Of a DNA stretch of 20,000 nt, positions 12,301 to 20,000 are shown in pieces. The stretch is from Psammoneis japonica. Lineage: Eukaryota. The DNA lies in the NCBI GenBank assembly GCA_008632985.1, contig QPGO01000283.1, forward strand, positions 54,631 through 74,630, read 5' to 3'. Under the pieces are notes generated by a model. That model was not told where the DNA came from and did not search any database. It worked only from the letters and a program-made list of their open reading frames with translations. The first letter of the stretch is position 1, and each line of letters begins with the position of its first letter. The translations under genes were made by a program, and so were the position numbers.

Positions 12301-15028
12301 CATGTACATGTGCTTCACACTCAACCATGCAGCGTCCCCACGTCTCCACTGGCGCGCGCCCCTCGAGACTCTCACTGGCTCCACCCCGGACATCAGCCCA
12401 TTGCTTCGCTTTCACTGGTGGGAACCCGTGTGCTTCCACCTCGATGACTCCGATTGGCCGTCCGAATCCCGTGAGTTGCGTGGACGCTTTGTTGGCATTG
12501 CTGAGCACGTCGGCCACCAGATGACCTTCAAGATTCTCTCTGACGAGACTCAGAAGATCCTCTGCCGGTCCAACGTACGCTCCGCCACCACCGATCCTGC
12601 CGTTTGAAACCTGCGTCTTGATCCTCCTGATGGGGAGCCACCTGAACCCATCATCAAATCTCGCCATGACAACAACCCCATCGATTCTCCTGATGGGGAG
12701 ATCAGGACACCCAAGATGCCAGTTTTCGATCCGCAAGACATCATTGGACGCACCTTCCTCATGCAGCCACAAGAGAACGGACAACGCCACAGAGCTCACA
12801 TCGTCAAGGCCGTCGAAGACCATGAATGGAAAGTGAACGGCAATCCCGAGCTCACTAAGTTTGTCTGCTCTGTCAACAATGACGAACACGAGGAAGTCCT
12901 TGCCTGCAACGACATCATGAATCACATTGAGCAAGAAGACGAAGACACTGCTGTTTGGAAATTTCGACGCATTGTGTCACACGAAGGACCTCTGAAGCCT
13001 CATGACCCAACCTGGAAAGGCTCAAGCTACAACATCATGCTTGAATGGGAAAGTGGGGAGATCACGTCCGAGCCTCTTGCCATCATCGCCAAGGACGACC
13101 CCGTCACCTGCACCATCTATGCACGAGAGAACGGACTTCTCGACACTGATGGCTGGAAGCGGTTCCGCACCATCGCGAGGCGCCAAAAGAAGCTATTTCG
13201 CATGGCCAACCAAGCCAAGCTTCGCTCCTTCCACACTGCACCTCGCTACAAGTACGGATGCGAAGTTCCCCGGAACTACAAACACGCCATGTCACTAGAC
13301 GAACGCAACGGCAACCGCAAATGGGGAGACGCAACTAACCTCGAGATGGACCAACTCGAGGAATACGAAGTCTTTCATGACTGCGGGCCCTCCGAGTCTT
13401 CCACTCCTCCTGCGGGACACAAGAAGATCCGAGTGCACCCAGTGTACGACGTGAAACACGACGGACGCCACAAGGCACGACTCGTAGCCGATGGGCACCT
13501 CACGGATGTACCTGTCGACAGTGTCCACTCCGGAGTAGTCTCCCTCCGTGGCCTTCGGCTGATGATTTTCCTGGCCGAACTCAACGAGTTAGAGACATGG
13601 GCCACCGACATTGGCAATGCCCACCTTGAAGCCACCACCAAGGAGAAGCTCTACATTGTGGCCGGACCCGAATTTGGCAAACTCGAAGGACACATCCTTG
13701 TCATCCACAAGGCCCTGTATGGACTGCGCAGCTCTGGTCTCCGCTGGCACGAGCGCTTCGCCGACTGCCTGCGAGCTGAAGGATTCTTCCCCTGCCGTGC
13801 CGAACCTGACATTTGGATGTGCAGGAACGGCGACCACTGTGAATACATTGCCGTTTGTGTGGATGACCTCGCCATTGCTGTGAAGGACCCTCAATCTTTC
13901 GTCGACACTCTCACGGAAAAGTACAAGTTCAAGCTCAAGGGCACGGGACCCATTGAGTTCCATCTGGGTTGCGACTTTTCCCGGGATCCCGACGGAACCT
14001 TGTGCCTGTCTCCGCGCAAGTGCATCGAGCGCATGGTTGACAGCTACGCCCGACTGTTTGGGGAGAAACCTGCCACCAATGCCCTGTCACCTCTGGAGAA
14101 GGGTGACCACCCCGAACTGGACACTTCCGAACTGCTGGGGCCCGATGGCATTCACAAGTTCCAGTCTCTTGTTGGTTCACTCCAGTGGGCAGTGTCCCTT
14201 GGCCGAATTGACATCACCACGGCCGTCATGTCACTCTCTAGCTTCCGAGCTGCGCCCCGTCAAGGCCACTTGGACCGTGCCAAACGCGTCTGTGGTTGCC
14301 TCTCCAAGATGCGACACGGCGCTCTCCGCGTTCGTACGGAAGAGCCCGACTGTTCGGATCTCCCTGCTCCGGCCCATGAATGGATGCATTCCGTGTACGG
14401 CAAAGCAGAAGAGATGATCCCGAAGGATGCTCCACCGCCCCTTGGCAAGTTCGTCACTACCACCCACTACGTCGATGCAAACTTGTACCATTGCATGCTC
14501 ACCGGACGCTCTGTCATGGGAATGCTCCACTTCCTCAACAAATTCCCAGCTGATTGGTTCTCTAAGAAGCAAGCTACCGTGGAGACTGCGACCTGCGGGT
14601 CTGAATTTGTTGCCGCAAGGACTTGTGTCGAACAGATTGTCGACCTGTGCATCACCCTGCGCTACCTTGGCGTCCCGATCCGCAATGTCAGTTACATGTT
14701 CGGTGACAACAAGTCGGTTGTAGACAGTGCCACCATCCCGCACTCCAAGTTACACAAGCGACACACCGCACTATCGTTCCACCATGTGCGTGAGGCGATT
14801 GCCTCTGGTTACCTTGAGTTCCACTTCATCGAAGGTTCCCGCAACCCTGCTGACATTCTCAGCAAGCATTGGGGTCACTCCCAAATCTGGGACCTTCTCT
14901 GCCCCCTCATGTTCTGGAACTTCATTCCATCCGAAGTCGAATCTGTTTCTGTGACTCCTCAAGCAAACTGGGGAGTGACAGGATTTGAGTGGGATTTAGG
15001 TGCGCGCGAAATGTCGCGCACTGTTTAG
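9365..15028 (+). pseudogene. gag-pol polyprotein of element B (about 1887 codons, one frame; nonsense at 12605-12607 and mutated catalytic motifs)
   Basis: ORFs 9335..12607 and 12716..15028 are in the same frame. ATG at 9365 (MVLTCQQQTDG) matches A (MVLTRQQQTDG). PR GALVNRGANSG (~11045), IN core ATD...SDRAQVE...QNFAERR (~11930-12230), RT KARLVADG/KALYGL/CVDDL (~13470-13870), RNase H YVDAN/SEF/FGDNKS/NPADILSK (~14465-14865). Confidence 0.95.
14964..14975 (+). other. Putative short PPT of element B (CAAACTGGGGAG), inside the pol frame
   Basis: Abuts the 3' LTR TGACA; identical in C at 17517-17528 (minus strand). Confidence 0.6.
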
Positions 15029-15251
15029 TTTGCCACGCACAGTTTTGTGTGCTTTAGTTCCGCGCGTTCGCGCGCGATGTAGTTTGCTTTCGAGCCACAA
15101 GGCTCACAAGAATAACAACAGTGGCCCGATTATACCGACTTACACGTCTTTCGGCTCCTGCAACAGTCTCTGAGTGGAGACTCATCTGCTGTTTAGACAG
15201 CAGCAAGGAGTTGTTGTTTGAATTCTTGCCATTTGCCTTCAATTTCTGTCA
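14976..15251 (+). repeat. 3' LTR of element B (276 bp)
   Basis: Direct repeat of 8144-8419, followed by TSD GGGCC. Confidence 0.97.
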
Positions 15252-15256
15252 GGGCC
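15252..15256 (+). repeat. Right target-site duplication of element B (GGGCC)
   Basis: Matches 8139-8143. Confidence 0.95.
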
Positions 15257-15755
15257 TGTGCGATGATTGAGGTGTGCCACATGTGCCACTGTTTGTTGGA
15301 CTTAAGAGTTGCGAGTGTGAGTGGGTCATGTTTGATGCCTTGTTTAAAGTCACACATGGGGTCATGTGGTTTTGGGGGCAATGAGCCAGGCATGGGAGCA
15401 GATGGCACGGCACCCATGGAGAGGGATGCTGTGCACTCAGGACTAAGACAACAGTCAGTGAATTCTTCATGTGTGAAAAAGGTGGGATGTCAGCACCTTC
15501 GCACACTTTTGCCATGCACAGACTAATTGACACAGCCATCTGTGCTTTGCAGCCACATGGCAAGGGCGTTTGATTGGCGCCGTTGTTGTTAACTGGGGCA
15601 CAGAGTTGAGTCGGAGTAAAAGTGAAGACATCCTGGCATGAGTCTGTGCTGTCAATGCTGAGGGCTGAGTGCAATGGACTGTCTGTGGCTTGATTCAGAA
15701 CAGTGCCTAAGATGTGCTCAAGGCCATCAGTTTGTTGCTGTCTGGTGAGGACCAT
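15252..15755 (-). pseudogene. gag N-terminus of element A, cut off by insertion of B
   Basis: MVLTRQQQTDGLEHILGTVL... and DFKQGIKHDP...KSNKQWHMWHTSIIAQA align to B gag; one frameshift. Confidence 0.9.
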
Positions 15756-15806
15756 GGTGCAACTGAGTGGGTGCCGGAACTGGAGTTGGAGGGTGAGCTT
15801 AAAACA

Positions 15807-15867
15807 ACTTGAAACTTGACTTGAAACTTGACTTGAAACTTGACTTGAAACTTGACTTGAAAACTTG
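15807..15867 (-). repeat. 12-bp tandem array (CAAGTTTCAAGT)x5 in the 5' leader of A
   Basis: acttgaaacttg x4 perfect plus one copy with an extra A on the + strand. Confidence 0.92.
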
Positions 15868-16608
15868 AACCATCTTACAAATCAGAAGCCGCCAGGCTGT
15901 GACATCCCGTTTGTAGTTAAATGCCAAGCTTCCCATCCGGTCTGCAGAGTTGTGCCGGCACATCTGAACCCATGCTGGCGATGCTTTGGGTTGCCCGAGA
16001 GCAGAGTGATGGGTTAAAAACCACTGCTGACAAGCCAACTAGAGGCAGACAAGACCTCGGAACCTTTGTCATTTTACGTTGGTTGGATAACCCAATCAGG
16101 CGGGCCAAGAAAGGCTCTGTGGAGGGACGAGCAAATGTGGGAAAGGCACCCTCGCCCTAACCCAGACTGCAATCATGGCCACTTCCCCTCACAGTTGTCC
16201 TGGTGGACCTTGTAGAACTGTAGAAGACCAGCAGTCTGGGGTGGATGTGGAGCAATGAACTTGGCGTGCACGCAACAAGGCCAGAGTCGGAGTGCATCGC
16301 ATGTGTGCGTGCGTGCAGAGATCAGTGGAGCCTGAGTGGGACAGGTTGGTCTGTCTGTCAACCTGGGTGGGATCCACTGTGGGAACTCAGAATCTCAGGT
16401 GTTGGAGAGTGTGAGAATTTCTGACAGAATGAATGTCTGTTGAATGGACATGTCCAGCGATTGGACACCTTGAACAGGTCCAAACACACTGATCCTGTCC
16501 AATGTTCATCAATGAGGAAGTTAGGTGCATGCTTCCACCGCCAAAAATGTGCGTCATCAAAAATTTCTTGACAATGATGATGAAGGCTCAATGGATTAAA
16601 ATGAGCAA

Positions 16609-16619
16609 GACTGTCAATC
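16609..16619 (-). other. Putative primer-binding site of element A (GATTGACAGTC)
   Basis: Same position and sequence as in B except one TA>TG change. Confidence 0.55.
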
Positions 16620-16863
16620 TGACAGAAATTGAAGATGACTGGGTGGAAGAAAACAGTGACTCCTTGCTGTCTGAACAGCAGATGAGTCTCTGTGTAGAGA
16701 CCATCACAGGAGCTGAAAGACTGGTGCAGTGACACCGGTGCTGCTGTCATTGTTCTTGTGAGCCAAGTGGCTTGAAAGCAAACTACATCATGCACGTTGC
16801 GCACAGAACCAAGAGAACACACAATTGTGTGTGACAAACTAAAATCTTGATCAAATCCTGTCA
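16620..16863 (-). repeat. 5' LTR of element A (244 bp)
   Basis: Homologous to 2892-3138; followed on the minus strand by the PBS-like motif, leader and gag. Confidence 0.92.
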
Positions 16864-16923
16864 ACCGACATCATTGCACGCAGCTGCATCACCTTCAGTT
16901 CAGTCTTCAAGTTCCCAATTGCA

Positions 16924-16946
16924 GCATGCATGCATGCATGCATGCA
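16924..16946. repeat. (GCAT)5 self-complementary microsatellite
   Basis: gcatgcatgcatgcatgcatgca seen directly. Confidence 0.85.
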
Positions 16947-17199
16947 AAAGGTTATTTTAGTCATGACCTCTGTGACTTTTAAAGGCTGCAACACGTCGCC
17001 GTGATACATTGACTCTTACAAGCAGCTGGACATTGCACTCCTCCCCATGTGTCACGCGACCACACGGCTCTTGCTGACGTGACACGACACTGAACGTGTT
17101 TGGCGGAACAGTGTGGGTGCATACGAAGGAACACACAGAACTTGTGTAGAGTTTTTACGCGTTTGACAGTGTTCAACATTGCTGCAGACAACTCACACT

Positions 17200-17236
17200 C
17201 AGGGTTTCGAACCCCTGGCCTTCTGCCCACTCCGCT
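17200..17236 (-). other. tRNA T-arm / Pol III B-box-like motif next to the end of element C
   Basis: Minus strand AGCGGAGTGGGCAGAAGGCCAGGGGTTCGAAACCCTG contains GTTCGAAAC (B-box consensus GTTCRANNC) inside a CAGGG/CCCTG stem; no complete cloverleaf. Confidence 0.3.
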
Positions 17237-17516
17237 TGACAGAAATTGAAGGCAAATGGCAAGAATTCAAACAACAACTCCTCACTGCTGTCTAAACAGC
17301 AGATGAGTCTCTGCTCAGAGACCGTCACAGGAGCCGAAAGACGTGCAAGTCGGTATAATCGGGCTGCTGTCATTGTTCTTGTGAGCCGAGTAGCTCGAAA
17401 GCAAACTACATCTCGCACGCGCACGCGCGGAACTAAAGAGCACACAAAACTGTGCGCGGTAAACTAAACAGCGCGCGACATTTCGCGCACACCTAAATCC
17501 TGTTCAAATCCTGTCA
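17237..17516 (-). repeat. 3' LTR of element C (280 bp)
   Basis: Reverse complement of the B LTR with two 2-bp insertions; TGACAG...CTGTCA termini. Confidence 0.95.
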
Positions 17517-20000
17517 CTCCCCAGTTTGCTTGAGGAGTCACAGAAACAGATTCGACTTCGGATGGAATGAAGTTCCAAAACATGAGGGGACGGAGAAGGT
17601 CCCAGACTTGGGAGCAACCCCAATGCTTGCTGAGAATGTCAGCAGGGTTGCGGGAGCCTTCGATGATGTGGAACTCAAGGTGGCCAGAGGCAATCGCCTC
17701 ACGCACACGGTGGAGCGATAGTGCGGTGTGTCGCTTGTGTAACTTGGAGTGCGGGATGGTGGCACTGTCCACAACCGACTTGTTGTCACCGAACATGTAA
17801 CTGATGTCACGTGTCGGGACACCGAGGCAACGCAGGGTGATGCGCAGGTCGATGATCTGCTCGACACAAGTCCTTGTGGCAACAAATTCAGACCCGCAGG
17901 TCGCAGTCTCCACGGTGGCTTGCTTCTTAGAGAACCAATCAGCCGGGAATTTGTTGAGGAAGTGGAGCATTCCCATGACAGAGCGTCCGGTGAGCATGCA
18001 ACAATGCAAGTTTGCATCGACGCAGTGGGTGGCAGTGACAAACTTGCCAAGGGGCAGTGGAACGTCCTTCGGGATCATCTCCTCTGCTTTGCCACACACG
18101 GAATGCATCCATTCACAGGTCGGTGCAGGGAGATCCAAACAGTTGGGCTCTTCCGTGCGAACGTGGAGAGCGCCGTGTCGCATCTTGGAGAGGCACCCAC
18201 AGACGCGTTTGGCACGATCCAAGTGGCCTTGACGGGGTGCAGCTCGGAAGCCAGAGAGTGACATGACGGCCGTGGCAATGTCAATTCGACCAAGAGACAC
18301 TGCCCATTGGAGGGAACCAACAAGAGACTGGAACTGTTGAATGCCATCGGGCTCCAGCAGTTCGGAAGTGTCCAGTTCGGGGTGGTCACCCTTTTCCAGA
18401 GGGGGACAGGACGTTGGTGGCAGGTTTCTCCCCAAACAGTCATGTGCAGCTGTCGACCATGTGTTCGATGTGCTTGCGCGGAGACAGACACAAGGTGCCG
18501 TCAGGATCCCGGGAGAAGTCGCAGCCTAGATGGAACTCAATCAGTCCCGCACCCTTGAGCTTGAACTTGTGCTTTTCCGTGAGAGCATTGACGAAAGATT
18601 GAGGATCCTTCATGGCAATGGCGAGGTCATCCACATAAACGGCAACACATTCGCAGTGGTCGCCGTTCCTGCGCATCCAAATGTCGGGTTCGGCGCGGCA
18701 GGGAGAGAAACCTTCAGCTCACAGGCAATCGGCGAAGCGCTCGTGCCAGTGGAGGCCGGAGCTGCGCAGTCCATGCAGGGCCTTGTAGATGACGAGAATG
18801 TGGCCTTTCGAGTTTGCCAAACTCGGGTCCAGCTACAATGTACAGCTTCTCCTTGGTGGTGGCTTCAAGGTGGGCATTGCCAATGTTGGTGGCCCATGTC
18901 TCCAACTCGTTGAGTTCAGCCAGGAAAATCATCAGCCGAAGGCCACGAAGGGACACTGCTCCAGAGTAGACACTGTCGATGGGTACGTCCGTGAGGTGTC
19001 CATCGGCTGCGAGTCGTGCCTTGTGGCGTCCGTCGTGTTTCACGTCGTACACTGGGTGCACTCGGATCTTCTTGTGTCCCGCAGGAGGAGTGGAAGACTC
19101 GGAGGGCCCGCAGTCATGAAAGACTTCGTATTCCTCGAGTTGGTCCATCTCGAGGTTAGTTGCGTCTCCCCATTTGCGGTTGCCGTTGCGTTCGTCTAGT
19201 GACATGGCGTGTTTGTAGTTCCGGGGAACTTCGCATCCGTACTTGCAGCGAGGTGCAGTGTGGAAGGAGCGAAGCTTGGCTTGGTTGGCCATGCGAAATA
19301 GCTTCTTTTGGCGCCTCGCGATGGTGCGGAACCGCTTCCAGCCATCAGTGTCGAGAAGTCCGTTCTCTCGTGCATAGATGGTGCAGGTGACGGGGTCGTC
19401 CTTGGCGATGATGGCAAGAGGCTCGGACGTGATCTCCCCACTTTCCCATTCAAGCATGATGTTGTAGCTTGAGCCTTTCCAGGTTGGGTCATGAGGCTTC
19501 AGAGGTCCTTCGTGTGACACAATGCGTCGAAATTTCCAAACAGCAGTGTCTTCGTCTTCTTGCTCAATGTGATTCATGATGTCGTTGCAGGCAAGGACTT
19601 CCTCGTATTCGTCGTTGTTGACAGAGCAGACAAACTTAGTGAGCTCGGGGTTGCCGTTCACTTTCCAGTTGTGATCTTTGATGGCCTTGACAATGCGAGC
19701 TCTGTGGTGTTGTCTGTCCTCTTGTGGCTGCATGAAGAAGGTGCATCCGATGATGTCTTGCGGATCGAAAACTGGCATCTTGGGTGTCCTGATCTCCCCA
19801 TCAGTTGAATCGACGGGGTCATTGTCATGGCGAGATTTGATGATGGGTTCAGGTGGCTCCCCATCAGGAGGATCAAGACGCAGGTTTCGAACGGAGGGAT
19901 CGGTGGTAGCGGATCGTACATTAGACCGGTGGAGGATCTTCTGAGTGTTGTCAGAAAGAATCTTAAAGGTCATCTGGTGGCCGATGTGTTCAGCAATGCC
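17464..20000 (-). pseudogene. pol of element C (integrase C-terminal region, RT, RNase H), disrupted
   Basis: ORFs 18714..19973, 18440..18676 (YVDDL), 17464..18435; +1 frameshift at 18806-18808, CGA>TGA stop at 18440-18442, +1 frameshift in the G run at 18401-18405. Confidence 0.93.

Larger units (their letters stand above)
8144..15251 (+). mobile_element. Full-length Ty1/copia LTR retrotransposon, element B (7108 bp), nested antisense in gag of A
   Basis: 276-bp LTRs, 5-bp TSD, single gag-pol frame with PR-IN-RT-RH order. Confidence 0.97.
2892..16863 (-). mobile_element. Ty1/copia LTR retrotransposon, element A (old, degenerate, split by nested element B)
   Basis: Two homologous LTRs (16620-16863 and 2892-3138), both TGACAG...CTGTCA; gag-PR-IN-RT-RNaseH remnants in copia order on the minus strand, colinear with element B. 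Confidence 0.93.
17237..20000 (-). mobile_element. Ty1/copia LTR retrotransposon, element C (3' part; continues beyond window), same subfamily as B
   Basis: 3' LTR plus RT/RNase H colinear with B ~12495-15251 in inverted orientation; expected TSD CCGCT at 17232-17236. Confidence 0.95.

Noticed and set aside
12605..12607. Programmed stop read-through or a two-ORF organisation in B
   Set aside because: Copy C has CGA at this codon and the stop lies after the integrase core, not at a gag/pol boundary; simple CpG deamination explains it.
15807..15867. CRISPR-like or telomeric array
   Set aside because: No spacers; it lies in the retrotransposon leader and has a homologue in B.
17200..17236. Complete tRNA gene
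   Set aside because: Only a T-arm/B-box-like part is visible; no anticodon arm or acceptor pairing within the window.
1..20000. Very many overlapping ORFs in all six frames, including long antisense ones (e.g. 9902..11026, 12152..12934, 5858..6502)
   Set aside because: Loss of TpA removes TAA and TAG stops, so shadow frames of gag-pol stay open; no independent protein motifs.
1..20000. Alternative genetic code or RNA editing as the explanation for Tyr>Cys/His
   Set aside because: Changes differ between copies, go in both strand directions and also occur in non-coding LTRs after integration.
1..20000. Classical fungal RIP
   Set aside because: RIP converts CpA to TpA and enriches TpA and AT content; the opposite is seen.

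Overview
Eukaryotic, transposon-dense window with no intact host gene. It holds three related Ty1/copia LTR retrotransposons whose protein motifs resemble diatom CoDi-type elements (lineage is my inference). Element A (2892-16863, - strand) is old and degenerate. Element B (8144-15251, + strand; 276-bp LTRs, perfect GGGCC target-site duplication) is full length and inserted antisense into A's gag. Element C (17237 to beyond 20000, - strand) is the 3' part of a close relative of B and forms a long inverted repeat with it. The left 2.9 kb is decayed coding sequence, partly transposase-like. The strongest unexplained signal is a strand-symmetric, post-integration hypermutation of TpA to TpG/CpA, the reverse direction of fungal RIP, acting alongside ordinary CpG decay. 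It turns Tyr codons into Cys or His (RT YVDD becomes CVDD in B and HVDD in A) and nearly erases TpA from the older DNA, sparing TTTA/TAAA contexts. The elements also lack a canonical TGG primer-binding site and instead carry the complement of a tRNA-Asn(GUU) anticodon arm directly after the 5' LTR. All counts are manual.
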